Below are positions 1 to 13,929 of a stretch of DNA of 64,000 nucleotides, in pieces; the stretch's first letter is position 1; every line of letters starts with the position of its first letter. The notes under the pieces are model-generated. The model saw only the letters and a list, made by a program, of their open reading frames with translations. It was not told the origin of the DNA and did not search any database. The DNA is from Adineta vaga (lineage: Eukaryota; Animalia; Rotifera): positions 15,314,001-15,378,000 of the forward strand of contig CP075493.1 in NCBI GenBank assembly GCA_021613535.1, given 5' to 3'. The position numbers and the translations under genes were made by a program.

Positions 1-617
<617 letters not shown>

Positions 618-1576
618 GATGAACAACTCGTATACGGAGGCGAGTAAATAACCAATAAAATATGATATCTAAAACTATAGTAGGTAGATCAAAGACAGAT
701 CGTTGGTCTTTATTAAACTTTTGCAGGACATATGATGCATAATAGAACTATAATGTTCTTTTATATTACCGTTCTCTAGTTTGAGTTGGTATAATATTTC
801 GCGATAAAAAAAAGCAAAAAAGAATTCTCGTTTGTTGAGTACTGATTACAAGCAAGTAAAGCAAGTTAAAATGAAACAACTTATAACACGGTCATGTTCT
901 TTTTATTCTTTTCTTTGACGAGATACTGTGATCCTCTTATATAACCATTGCAAATGATAACAAATGATTCATGAAACAGATATCGTCAGTGCATAGATAC
1001 TTTAACTTTCTGTCGATCGAATTACTTTAATCCAAAAAGAAAACACATTTCAACCTTTCTCTTTTATTTTAATTCAAAATGGCTACATCAAAACGTTATC
1101 ACAATCAAAAAGACAATTTTTTTTCTCTTTTAAGGCCCTCCCCTTAGAAAACCTCAAGATTCAGACTTTTAAACAATTTTATTCGATTTCTGATCAAAAA
1201 TCAAAAAGTGATGTCATTTCTTGAGGATGTGAAGTTTTATTCTAAATTGATTCAACGGTTTTCCTCAATGATAGAATAAAAGCTTTTTCATTGAAAAAAA
1301 TTCAAATCAATTTATGTTTTTCATGTTTTTTTCATTGATTTTCAAGAAGGAGAGTACGACTTAGGTGTTACTGACAATTCGGCATCTTTTCAAAACTTAT
1401 ATACCAACTTGTTTTCGTGTTCAAGTGTCCGCATTTTTTGCTTGATGATTTGATTAGCGAAGAAAGAGAAGAAATCATTTCATTCTATTTAAAAAAAAGA
1501 AGCGAATTCTTATTGATTTTTTTACAAAACACATATTCTTCAGTCACTTTCCTAATCAATTTTATTTAAAAAAAAC

Positions 1577-3267
1577 TTATTCCTCTTTTTCGAAATCAAA
1601 CCGAATGATTCGATGATTTCCCCGATCTGAAACATAAAGATTTCCTTCAAAATCAAATGATAAACCTTGAAGATCATTCAATTGGTTTGATTCACTTCTT
1701 TCACCATTTCCACCAACAACAATCAAACCTTCTTCATCTCCTTCACACCATCGCATTATTCGATGATTCCCATAATCTGCCACATAGATTTGATTCCATT
1801 CATCAACAAACAATCCTTGAGGATAATTCAATTGATTGAGATTGTTTCCTTCACCATTTCCTCCAGCCACAACAATTCCTTCATTCGCATCTTTTCTCCA
1901 TTTCATTACACGATGATTATTCCAATCTGAAACATAAAGAGATTGATCTTTATCAACAAAGATGAAAGAAGGACGGTTCAGTTGATTTCCATTTCCATTT
2001 CCACCAGCAACTAATATTCCTTCTTGGTTTTCATTAATATTTTCTAACTTCCATTTTCTCACTTCATTCTTCTCTTCATCAGAAACATAAAGAAATCCAT
2101 GTTGATCCATTGTTAAACCATAGCAACCAATATTTTCGATGAGAATTTGTTGTTTTTGATCTCGTGACAATCGAATCACTCGGCTGTTCCCTTGATCAGC
2201 AATGATGAGCGAATGATTATGTTGATCAACAATCACATCTGTTGGTCTGTCTAACTGATCTATTCTTGTTCCTTGTCCATTTCCACCTGCAATGATTTGT
2301 CCTTGGTTTTCATCACATTTCCATTCAACAATACGATGATTCCAACGATCAGCAATGAAAATGGTTTTGTTTTCATTGACAAAGATTCCATGAGGACTAG
2401 AGAGTTGATTTAATTGTCTTCCTTGTCGATTTCCTCCCGCAACAATTTTTCCATTTTGTTGAAATGTTGATTCTAGAAAATGGAGAGAAAAATGCAAAGA
2501 TTTCTCTAGGATAAAGACGAATCTTCTTTTCTTTTTCGAATATTTGATTTAAGAATGCGTTTTCTTTTCCAAGAAAAATAAAGAAACTTTACTTTTATGT
2601 TGAATTGATGAACTTTTCGTTATTAAATCGTTAAAATGATTTGTTGGTGATAGTTGTGAATTATCTGATGAAAAAAGAAATTCAAAGAAAAGTTTTTATT
2701 AATAAATTTTCAAAACATAAAGATTCGATGATTTTATTTTCACTTACTCTCTGATAAAACAATTGAAATTTCCTTAATAAATCCTTGACGATGTTTTCGG
2801 ATTGAAACATTTGATGGTTTGTTCAATTCTTCACTCATTTTCCTTAGCTTTTCTCTTAAATCATTTAAATCAATTTCATTGAATTCATATTCTTGTTGAA
2901 TTTCTTTGATTTGTTCACTTAACTCATTTAATTTTTGCTGGATGTCTTTAAAAGACGTTTTGGAGTATTCTAAAACACTTTGTCGACATTTTCCGGCTGT
3001 TTGTTGAATTGTTCGAATTGATTTTCTTTCCCATTGATCGATTTGTTTGATCAATGAATGATTTAGTGGATTTTGTTTTTCATCGTTCATCTTATGTCTA
3101 AATCGATCATAATCATTGATAAAAACATTTAATTCTTCATTCAATAATTGTTGATGTTCATTTAAATCGGCTAGACAAAATTCCTTTGAACAACCTTGGC
3201 ATTGAGTTATAAATTTTTTATATTTTTTACATTTAAAACATTGTTTTGTATTATTTGCCATAGTCAT
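1577..3267 (-). CDS. NHL-repeat beta-propeller protein with N-terminal B-box-like Cys/His and coiled-coil region (3 exons)
   Basis: ORF 2740-3267 (CFKC..CQGCSKEFCLADLNEH plus coiled coil) and ORF 1577-2497 (repeated VAGGNG..QLNxPxGI..YVSDxxNHRV), joined through GT-AG introns. Confidence 0.9.
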
Positions 3268-6203
3268 TTGTGAGAAAAAGACGTTGTAAAACCGAAAATG
3301 TAAAGATTAAATGCTTCAAAGTCAACAATGATAAGATATGAAATACGTTGGAATATAAAGATGGTCGAGTCATATTTTAATATTATTTGATTCTATTTGT
3401 TTTGGTTGAGAATACGTATACATTAACTGTTGAAAAATCATCTGAAAGAAAAGAATGTATATTCGATCATTTTTGTCATATAGATATAGCGATAATTCTA
3501 CAATCTTGGCCATTTTTACAGAAATAAAAGAAACGTTTTGTAATTATAGTTTCGAATAACTCGAGTCACACAGTCGAATCGACATTCTCAAGTTTTTTAG
3601 TCTAGGTTCAGGTTGAGAGGGTATCTTTTATACCCTAATCCTTACACTAATTGACCAATTTCAACACTCTTCCATATATTAGAATGATTTTATCTCAAGA
3701 TAACATTAGAATATCGATAAATAAATCTCTTAAATTGATTGAAGACAATTCAATATACTAAAAAACCAAGAAAATGTCTGATAGATGATTATACTATTTC
3801 CCCTATTCGACAACTTACCGTTCAATCATAATTGTATGTAACGATATGTGAATCATCTAACCCTTTACCAGTCATTCTTTTTTCGTAGAATTGAAAAGCA
3901 TGTTTATTTACTTTGCTTGTTGAAACTTTGTATTTCATTTTCTCATCATATATTGATATGATATTTTTCAAAAGTGAATCGTTATAATATTGTCGTTTAT
4001 AAAATGAATGAATAATAAAATACGAGCGATAGACAACATCTTCTCAAACCAAATGTTTTATTAAATCATGGAATGAGTGTAGCATCTCGAAGTAAATGAA
4101 GAGTAGATTCTAACTAACGAACGGTTGTTGAAGTTTAGTAATAACCGGATCATCATTAAATATCATTTGACATGATAATTATGAAGAAAAGTTTAGTATC
4201 ATTTTTATAAAATAATATACTATCTATATTTATGTAAACAAATCTTTCTCTCGATAAAATAATCGATATTTCAATTTTTATCAATGAAAAATTTAATTAT
4301 ATAAATTACTGTCTGTTTTAATACAACTCTTCGCATTACTTCATCATACGTAATGCGAGAATAAACGATGTGCTTTTGATTTTAATGATTTCTTCTATTG
4401 ACGAGATTCTTGAAAAATGAATTGTTTATTCGAAAGATCGCATAACAATAATATATTCTACTAATCTACAAACAATCGAAATCATTAAATAAACAATAAT
4501 TTCTACTTTAAATTTATTAATATATTATAATTAATGTAATTGAAATATCACTTAACATTTGAATTTTATTCGTCATTGTTACATTTCATTTCTTGCTTTC
4601 ATATTAAATCTTAATAATAATTACACGATCATTCTTTCATTCAAATTGTATAAATCATAAAGAATAAAAACAAAACTTCTTGCATCAATGACGATATCTT
4701 CAAAACTTTGGAATTTATAGTTAAATAGTTTTTAATTCCTTTTTAAATATAAAGTAAATGATGTTTTTGTTTTGTTTTTATTGATCGATATTTATTTATA
4801 ATTCATTGAATGTTCATTTATGATAATTACAGACTAGATTTCCTCCTATCATTAAGAAATATTCGTCGAATCCATCCAATAGGCACTAAACGTCATCAAT
4901 AGAATATTTTTGACTGAAATTATATGTAAATACAACACACTTTTTACATTCATACAGTTCATCTTAAAAGTATGTAGAATGAACAGAAAGCGTATTTTAA
5001 TATTCATATTCATACCTAATGTCGTGAAATAACTTCAATTTGAAGTAATAAAAAGAATTTGTTTTCAAATAAGAATAAAAACATGAAATATTCATATCCT
5101 GTTGACGTTTTTTCTTTCACAAATTGTTGTTTTGAGTGTGGATAATTTGTTCTCTTATTTAAAATTATTTCTCTTCCAAGTTTCATGCCGTTTACGTGCA
5201 TAAAATGTGATACAAATACAAACAGATCTTTCTAGACAAATATAAATGAATAATGAACTTTTTTTAAAATTGATATGATTGATGTTGCAAAATTCGCAAG
5301 AGGAAGTAGAAGATTATTTATCTGTTGAAACAATTCTATGGGATCGATACAAATGTATTTACAAAGATAAAAAGTCATTAAAGAGTTAAATGATCTATTT
5401 AAAAACAATCAAATATTATCATTGGAATTGACTGGAAATATTTATGATGTTAAAAGCAGAGACGGGCGGTATGCGGTATGAAAGGGCTATACCGCACTCC
5501 CGCGTCTCCACTAGAAGAAGCCTTCTAACTATTATTTTCATTCGCGTTATATGTTGAAAGAGATTTAGCAAAGCTAATCATGTCCCAGTCTCTTATCCGC
5601 ATCTGTTTGAATTTCTTATCATTTTGTTGATAATGAACTATACACTTAATTAGACCCCAGAAAATCATATAAAGATGTTTAAGAGCCATCGTCATTGTCA
5701 TATATTAACGACCAATTGAGGTCAACAATTGCTGCAAGAGAACGGGTTTTATCATTTGCTTTTTGTTTTTTCTCGTGAATATTATTGTTAAATGAAAAGT
5801 GCAATCGTCAAACGATTCAACATTTTATAGAACCTAATGAGACTTAAGATGTTATTCTCGAGAATCAAAATTACGAAACGCATGCAATTATTTGCTAATA
5901 ATCATTTGGTTTTTTGTGAGGCTCGATATACATAGTATTTCTGCGAAAAATATTGACTTTTACTTCACATAAGAACTGCTTTACAACGAGTTCGTATATT
6001 TCATGTAGCACTATGTTTCTTAAAAAACATAACTGCGAATCATCTGATCGAAAAACTATCTAATTTTACTTTCATCTGAGACCTCATCATCTTCGAAAAA
6101 TTTGATTGCTGTACATAATCATCCGAGCACTGTTTAACACCTTAATTCTCATTCCTAAGAAAGAAAAGATCGATTAGTTCAAAAAATATATAAAGATGTA
6201 CAA

Positions 6204-7262
6204 CACTAATCGACGATCTTGCCCTGTTCTTTCCAGGTTCTTGTTTTTCTTGACCTTCAGACATGATTCTTTTTCTATTCCTTCCATACAAGATTCTTGC
6301 CTGAAAAATATGATCTTGCTTTTCTGGTAAGGTTCTTGTAGACCGAATCTTGTCTGATGAGGCAAGAATATTTTTTCAGACAAGATTCTTGTTCTCTTGC
6401 TTTCTTGCCTGATTCTTGGCTTTCTTGAACTCTTGCCTGCATCTTGCTTTTCTTGTTATTCTTATCTTTCTTGTCTGATTCTGATCAAACTAAAAAGCCT
6501 TTATAGATTGTTATTACTATCTTTTTATATTATTTTATTAGAAATTTGCACGTCATTCACAAAAAATGGTAAGAATACAAAAAAATATGTCATCTTATTC
6601 GTAAAAAGAACACCTGTTCTTTTTAAAAGAATATAATCTTTCCAGGATACATCTGAAACTTTCATCGTTCATTAAACAAGATTTTTTGTAGATAATTACA
6701 GAAAAATCTAAAAATAAAATAAAATAGAAAGATTAAGCACAAAAATATTGAAATACATTTGATAAATTCAATTTATTTAAGAAAAATAATATGAAATAGC
6801 ATTACTTACCATATTCTTTCGTCGATCAAATAAATATTTTACTTACATTTAATTGAGATATAGTGTTGTCTCGAAAGATTATATCTGAGAAAAGTACATA
6901 TTTGGAGTGAATTGTAATAGTCATTAAATAGAAAATGAATGAATAACGTTCAGATATCACTTTATATATGTTATATACAAAGAATACATCACGTGCCGTT
7001 TATCTTGGGAAGGTAGCAAGGATTTTTTTTCGTTCATACTATAAGAGTCTTGTCTGAATTCTAAGAAATTTAAAATATCTTGTGTTTCTTTCCAGATTCT
7101 TGTTGTTCAGGATATTCAGACAAGATTCTTGTTATCTTGAAATTCTTGTATGATTCCTTTTACTTTTCTGTTGAAAAGAATCTTGTCTGAACACAAGAAT
7201 CTTGCCTGAAAAATAAGAAAAATAAGAATCTGGAAAGAATAGGGCAAGATCGTCGATTAGTG
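6204..7262. mobile_element. Non-autonomous CACTA/CMC-type DNA transposon (~1.06 kb)
   Basis: Terminal inverted repeats CACTAATCGACGATCTTGCCCT(G/A)TTCTTTCCAG at 6204 and its reverse complement ending at 7262; AA on both flanks (candidate 2-bp TSD); many subterminal CAAGATTCTTG/TCTTG repeats; no transposase ORF. Confidence 0.8.
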
Positions 7263-7505
7263 AACCATTTACTATGATAATGATTTCGCGATCAGATATT
7301 GGCAAGTCAACGGCTTTTTGACCCAAACAAGTAAAAATCGATAACTGAAAATTTCGAACAGATCAAGTCAAGTTACATCTCGAAAATCTTCGAGTTTAAG
7401 TTAAGTCACAAGTCATTTGACTCGGCTTAATTTAAATTAATTCGAGTCGAAAAACGACTTGGCTTACCATCTTTAGAGTAAATTCACCCTACAAGTTTAT
7501 CCTAT

Positions 7506-7565
7506 TGGGTGTGGGTGTGGGTGTCTCTTCGTCTTCAACACCCACCCACCCACCCACACCCTCAA
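7506..7565. repeat. Telomere-like palindromic element
   Basis: TGGGTGTGGGTGTGGGTGT-ctcttcgtcttca-ACACCCACCCACCCACCCACACCCTCAA. Confidence 0.85.
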
Positions 7566-7757
7566 TGTGTGAGAGACGGTACAGATTATATGCGTTTTTG
7601 TAAATGCGTCGAAAAGAATTCTGTTCTTGTTAATAGAATTCGAAGAATTATTTAGTGCTCTGTGTTTCTTCTGAGGGTACAAAATTCTGAATTCTGGTCG
7701 GTAGGCATTCTGCAGCCCCTAAAAAATGTGTCAGTGTGAGTGTGCATTTCGAAATGA

Positions 7758-9174
7758 TCAATATAGTTCTGCACTGTCCAAAGGCCAACCATTATCGTTC
7801 TCCCCACCAGTAAGTAATACCTCTCCACTCGCTAATACGGATGCTGTGTGTGAAGCTCGTGCATCACACATGTTACCAATCATTGTCCAGTTTCCTCTTG
7901 ATGGATCATACAGCTCGGTGCTGTATCGAACATCATTACCATAATAGCCTCCGCCAGTAACTAACACTTGTCCATTCGTCAATACAGATAGTGTATGGTC
8001 ATATCGAGCATCATTCATACTGCCAGTATTGGTCCAGATCCCTGTTAATGGATCGTACAACTCAGTACTTCTTTGAGGATTAGCAGTATTGTCTCCACCT
8101 GTAATTAATACTTTTCCAGTAGGTAATACAGATGATTGGTGCCCATATCGTGCACTATTGATGCTACCAGTAACTGTCCAAGTTCCTGTTAATGGATCAT
8201 ACAATTCAGTACTATTTACGGGCTCAATATAATAATCAATTATAGCGCCACCGGTAACTAATACTTGTCCATTTTTTAAGACGGATGCTGTGTGGCCAGA
8301 TCGTGCATAATTCATCCTACCAGTCATTGTCCAAGTACCCGTTGCTGGATCATATAATTCAGCACTATTTACGGATTTCATAGTTTGAAGGTATCCACCA
8401 GTGACCAACACTTTTCCATCTACTAATACGGATGCCGTGAAAGAAGATCGTCCACAACTCATACTGCCAGTAACTCCCCAACTTTCTGTCAATAGATCAA
8501 ACAACTCAGCGCTCGTTTCACCGGCTCCACCGACAACCAAAACTTTTCCATTCTTTAATACGGATGCTGTGTGAGCTACCCGGGCAACATTCATACTACG
8601 AGTAATTGCCCACGTTTTTGTAAGTGGATCATACAACTCCGCACTGTTGTGAATATCAGTATGATTTTCTCCACCAGTAATCAGTACTTTTCCATTTGCT
8701 AATATGGATGCCGTGTGCGAGATTCGTGTATGATGCATAGCACTGGTACGAGACCAGCCTAGACAGAAATATTATAATGTAACTATCCTGCGAAGAACGT
8801 TTTTCGGTTAAAGCATCAGACAGTAAGGTCAATCATAGTTTCATGCTCACTCGTAAAAAATGGCAGTCTTCAAGCAGTCACTCATACTACCGTCGGGTCG
8901 CTTTGAAGGAATTGCCGATGCAGCAACTCCATAACGTATTGACAAGCAGCATTTTAGAACGCTCGAGAAGATAAGTCGAAATCATACCTGGCTGTTTCGT
9001 GGTGATTATAGTTCCAAACGGTGATTTTTTCGCTGATAACAGTATCGAAGATAACGCGCCGTCGACGGCGGTTTTCTGCTTTGTCGTTGTAACACTGATG
9101 GACACCAATACCAGACAGAGAACAACTGCAAAAATCGTTAAAACAATCAAAGACACACATGTGATTTTGACCAA
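7758..9174 (-). CDS. Kelch-repeat protein (bacterial-type repeats) with probable N-terminal membrane-anchor exon; 5' end uncertain
   Basis: ORF 7758-8738 with ~7 repeats HTASVLxNGKVLVTGG..SAELYDPxTGTW; upstream exon ~9174-8988 encodes a hydrophobic helix (CVSLIVLTIFAVVLCLVLVSI); donor near 8987, acceptor near 8760. Confidence 0.8.
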
Positions 9175-9189
9175 ATGGCGCCATTACTA

Positions 9190-9481
9190 CACTCTAAGGA
9201 GAAATTTCAGTCTACCGAACCTTTTTAAGATCGGCGGGACTAAAAAACGTTCGGTAACGAAAATACAAGACCAGCTAGGTTTCGTATCAAACCATTAAGG
9301 ATTCGCCTTAAACCTAGATGGTTTTGTATTTTCCTTACCGAACGTTTTTTAGTCCCACCGATCTTAAAAAGGTTTCGTAGCTAAGGTTCCGCGATTGTAT
9401 CCAGGGGAAGAACTATTTTAGGTTCCGTAGCTGCTGCAGAACTTAAAAAGGTTCGGTAGACTGAAATTTCTTTTTAAAGTG
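9190..9481. mobile_element. MITE-like element with ~40-bp TIRs and an internal long palindrome
   Basis: CACTCTAAGGAGAAATTTCAGTCTACCGAACCTTTTTAAG ... CTTAAAAAGGTTCGGTAGACTGAAATTTCTTTTTAAAGTG, flanked by TA on both sides; 9203-9281 is also the inverted copy of 9310-9380. Confidence 0.8.
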
Positions 9482-9990
9482 TAGAGTAAGCCGTCGATAT
9501 GGGGAGACAGCAAACGAAGAGATCAGGCTTTCAGCGTTTCGATAGCTCACTTAAGATACGGAATCTTCAAACTTCACACTAGATTCTTGTTTTCGAAAAA
9601 TACTTTTCTCGCAATCCAGCAACTCAGAGATAAATAAATCTCAAATCATTGTCATCTACGCGCTTATATCTCAGCTGGTGCGTCGCCATCTTTAAATCCC
9701 TACTGTAACCTACGATTTCGATTAAAGTACTTACTGCATGTATGCTTGCCGAACATATTATATTAGAAAAAAGATTTCGATTCGAAAGAGAACGAGCAAC
9801 TGATGAAAGCTACGTTACATTTATATCTATATATAACGCAGAAGAATTGCAATAGATAATATTATCGTCAAAGAAAAAGGTATCAGTATGTTCTTATCGT
9901 TATACTGGACGGGCTGAAAGTCGCTTTACCGAGAAAAAGCTGCATATATATTCGGCACGACCAGATCAAACGACCTCCTCTTTTCACCAG

Positions 9991-10075
9991 GAGGCTGTGG
10001 GTGTGCGGAAGTTGATCTCTTCCTCCCACGCATACCCTTCGCCCTCATCCTCGCCCACACCCCCACCCCATCCTC
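9991..10075. repeat. Telomere-like palindromic element (degenerate)
   Basis: GAGGCTGTGGGTGTG ... CCCACACCCCCACCCCATCCTC. Confidence 0.65.
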
Positions 10076-10187
10076 TTTAATTATGAATATTCTCAATGTA
10101 TGTGCAGAACTTAGTTATCGGTAACAATCGGTTGATACTCGATCAAGAACGAAGCAGTACTCACTTCTCCGAAGAGAACGTCACCTT

Positions 10188-10247
10188 TGAGGGTGTGGGT
10201 GTTTCTTCTCTGCACACACCCACACCCACACCCACACCCTCACACCC
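10188..10247. repeat. Telomere-like palindromic element
   Basis: TGAGGGTGTGGGTGT-ttcttctctgc-ACACACCCACACCCACACCCACACCCTCA. Confidence 0.9.
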
Positions 10248-10394
10248 TTTTCTGTGAATTGATTTGTAAGATCATTGATTTTTCAAGACAAAGTTTCGAA
10301 TATTTATAAATAAATTAGCAATCGATTTTAAAATGAAAATTTGTTTTGAAGAAGAAAAAAGAAATTAAAAATGATTTTTTCTTCGATTTGAAAT

Positions 10395-10800
10395 TCAAAA
10401 AGAAATTTGAATTTCTTTTCTCAATTTGATCATTTTTACCAACAAATCATTGAATCCGTTTAACAAGAGCAAAAGAAATGTTCTCATATTCAGAGAATCT
10501 TTGTTGAATAAAAGAAAAAGAATTTGAATTTCTGAACTATAAACACGTAATGAAAGCGCAATAAACGGTGAATGTTTCGGAACTAAAGGATATATCAATT
10601 GATGACGAAGACATCGATTTCAATTGAGAATTCTCTGACATTCTAAATGGAAATTACAGAAAATAATCGAATTCCAAGATGAGATATTGAATGAAGTGTT
10701 GTACTTTGATTAAGTTCGGAATGATTTAAATCTTCATCAGGAATTATTTTGATCAATTCTCGAACACGTTAAATATTTCCACTTCGACAAACACATTTTT
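10395..10800 (-). pseudogene. Degenerate ankyrin-repeat gene fragment
   Basis: Manual translation CRSGNI*RVRELIKIIPDEDLNHSELNQSTTLHSISHLG is ankyrin-like and carries an in-frame stop. Confidence 0.5.
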
Positions 10801-11066
10801 CAATTAAAGTGTTTAATGTATTATTCATGATTTATTTTGTAATTTAAGAAACAATCGAGTGTGATATTCACACAATTATTTATGCTTTTCTTTGTTTTCA
10901 GTTTTTCATAGAAAAAGAAATGTTTGAAATTACTACTAATGAAAATAATCGTGATTAAAGAAAAGAACAAGAACATATTTAAATAAAAGTATTGTATGTT
11001 CTTTACTAATTGGTTTATTTTATCTATCACCGAAAATCAACCAAACCTGATTTACGTCCAACTATT

Positions 11067-11119
11067 TGAGGGTGTGGATGTGGATGAAGACAAGATTATT
11101 ACTCACACCCACACCATCA
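11067..11119. repeat. Telomere-like palindromic element
   Basis: TGAGGGTGTGGATGTGGATG-aagacaagattatt-ACTCACACCCACACCATCA. Confidence 0.85.
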
Positions 11120-11833
11120 GGTACTAATTATTCATTCATACTCTCTCTTACACGTTTTATGAATTTGTTCATGTATAGATGCTAACCAAACTAAATGTTG
11201 TGGATAATGAAATCGAAGGATAACTCTTCCATTGATTTTTTCATGAAATAAATTTTGTGGAATGAATGAAGGATAGTATACATTTGATTACATTTCCACT
11301 CACCCTTCAATATAATCAAATAAATCATTAAGAAATAAAGTTACACGGTTGTGCATTCAAATGATTTGGTTAACTAATATATTTTTATTCTTACAAGCAT
11401 ATTGAAAGATTCTAAACATCAAAAATTCATGAAATATGTATGTAAATATTTTTGGCTTATTCTCTGATTTTTCCCTGTTCTATTAAAACACACGTTGATT
11501 TACAGGTAGAAATGTCAAAGAACTGAAAATTGATCAATGTACTCGTTATTTTTTCTTTTTCTTTCGTCTGTCAACTCCTTTCAGTTTTTTTCCCAGTTGG
11601 AAAAGAAATCTACATTATGACTCATGAGAATTGACTCATTGGGCTTTTACTGAGAAAAAACACAGCTACTTACAAATAAAGATTGTTAGAATTTCCCTAT
11701 ATGTTGCATATTAGTTTTTCGTCTGGACGAAGTAAGTAGTATTTATCTCATCTTTACCATTTGCAGATTTAATCCAAGAAGAAGTATTTTATAGATATCT
11801 TAATAATAATCTTTTCAAAAATTGAAAATCAAA

Positions 11834-13929
11834 ATGAAAGACAAAATACAAGATACTGAAATACCAAAAATTATTGGAAAACCTGATTTAACAAAACCGT
11901 TAGCAATATCATATGTATCTCTTCGATGCATTAACGAAAACGATCGTGTCATAGCTGCCGATCATAATGAATTACTGATGGAAAACTCCACCAAACCAAT
12001 CAAGGAAAATGCTCGGTGGATAATCGCATATTACGATCCATTATGGGTTCTGATCAATCATGCTACTTCGATGTGTCTTATTTTCGATACAAAGAATAAG
12101 CATATTAGCAAGCCATTGAAAGTGAATGATGGTCATCGCCACTTGTTACTTCAATTGTCTTCCAAAACTTCTAAAGATAATCAAATCGCATTTGAATTAC
12201 TTGACGAAAACAATCCTGAGAGAAATGCTTCCATTATCTTTTTCGTTTTCGAAGGTTTGCAACAAACATTTCCTGCTATCGATCCTGATTCAATCAGTAA
12301 TTTAACAGCTAATCCTAAGGTTAAATCTGTTGCTAACATAGTTAACAATTTCTTTGATTATATTGTCATTGGTTCTTCGTTTTGTTCTTTGGCGTTTATT
12401 CAACAAACGAAGAAAAACAACCCGAAAGCAAAAATACTTGTCTTGGAAAAAGGTTTGAAATACTTATCGAAACATCATCAACATTGTCCTCCATGTTCAT
12501 CTTCTCCACGAGATGTCGAATCTCGACCCTGGACTATTTGTAGTGAAACTACACAGAATGAATTTATCAAGAATCTACATGGTCAAATACCATTTCAAGG
12601 AGGAAGATCGACCTATTGGAGTGGCTGGTGTCCAACACCGTCAACAAAAGAACTCACCGGATGGCCAGAAAAACTAAAGACTCAATTGCAAGAGACATAT
12701 TTTGATCTGGCACGTCGATTTCTTGGTGTTATTATGGCAAATGAAATACAAGCGCTGGACAATGAGAATAATTCGATATATCATACATTTCAAGCTTCTC
12801 TCAAGCAGCGTTTAGATAGTGCTACAAACATCGAATCAATTAATGAAGTTATGCATGCTCCTCTCGCTATGGGCAACAATCAGTAAGTTTAGATTTGAAA
12901 TTTTCTGTAACTATTTACAGTATCCATATTTATTTTCTTAGATTGATCAAATTTTCCACTGTGGAAACATTAGAATCTATGGAAAATGTCACTATCATTC
13001 ATGATTGCACAGTGGAACAAATCTTGCATAATGGACAAAGAGCAACAGCACTACAAACAAATCAAGGAATTATCTCACTTCATAATGACAGTAAGCTGAT
13101 CTTAGCAATGAGTACATTGCCTGCAACGACACTCGTACTTAATTCTTTTAAAATGGCTGAATTTCCTCGACTTTCAAATGTTGGAAAGCGATTTACAGCT
13201 CATTTTGTCAGCTCAGTAATAGTACGCGTACCTCGGCCTCGTCCATCATTAGCAGTCAATGCGTCAGAAGTCGAATTGGCAGCAGTCTACATTACAGGTA
13301 TGAAAGGCGATGCACAATATCATCTTCAATTATCTGGAGTAAATTATACACAACATACAAATGATATATATATTCATGAGATTTGCAAGAAATATTCAGC
13401 GAATTCAATTCCTAAAGAATGTATCGATACATCGAAGGGCTATGTTGTAGTATCATGTTCAACATTAGGAGAACTGGACTATAAGAATCCAAAGAATCAG
13501 TTTAATTTGATCAATACTACTAACGGAGAATTAAAGCTTCACTTGAATGAACAGGACAAAGAATTATGGGACTGTATGGATAATAAAACATTTGAAGTTA
13601 TGAACAAACTTTCATCCGATCCAAACAATAACGATCTTGAATATTGGCATGAAACTGATAAAACTTGGAAAAAAGATATTCCTCTATCAGACGAAATACG
13701 TAAACCCTGGATTGTTCATGATGCTTCAACAATGTGGATTGGTGATGATGAAGATATTGAAGCATCAGTAGGACTTGATTATCGTCTCCATGGTATAAAT
13801 AATGTTTATATCACTGGAGGCGCATTATGGCCTACTGGTGGATCATGGAATCCTGTTTTGACAATTGTAGCTATGGCAATACACTTAGCTAATACTATTT
13901 ACAACGAGTCTAAACGTATAGTATGCTAA
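11834..13929 (+). CDS. GMC-family (pyranose-oxidase-like) FAD oxidoreductase with N-terminal extension; intron 12883-12941
   Basis: FDYIVIGSSFCSLAF..ILVLEKG (Rossmann-like), GGRSTYWSGWCP, VHDASTMWIG, NVYITGGALWPTGGSWNPVLT; an in-frame GT-AG intron joins the two ORFs. Confidence 0.85.

Noticed and set aside
3600-5400. Possible decayed gene in AT-rich stretch (similarly 33200-34080 and 55560-56160)
   Set aside because: Only short coding-like fragments, no assignable family
5459-5514. GC-rich hairpin followed by CTAG as a Helitron 3' end
   Set aside because: CTAG is followed by A rather than T and no 5' end was found; it could equally be a hAT-like remnant, so left unassigned
6174-7326. Short ORFs 6174-6383, 6397-6636, 7132-7326
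   Set aside because: Arise from the TCTTG repeats of the CACTA element
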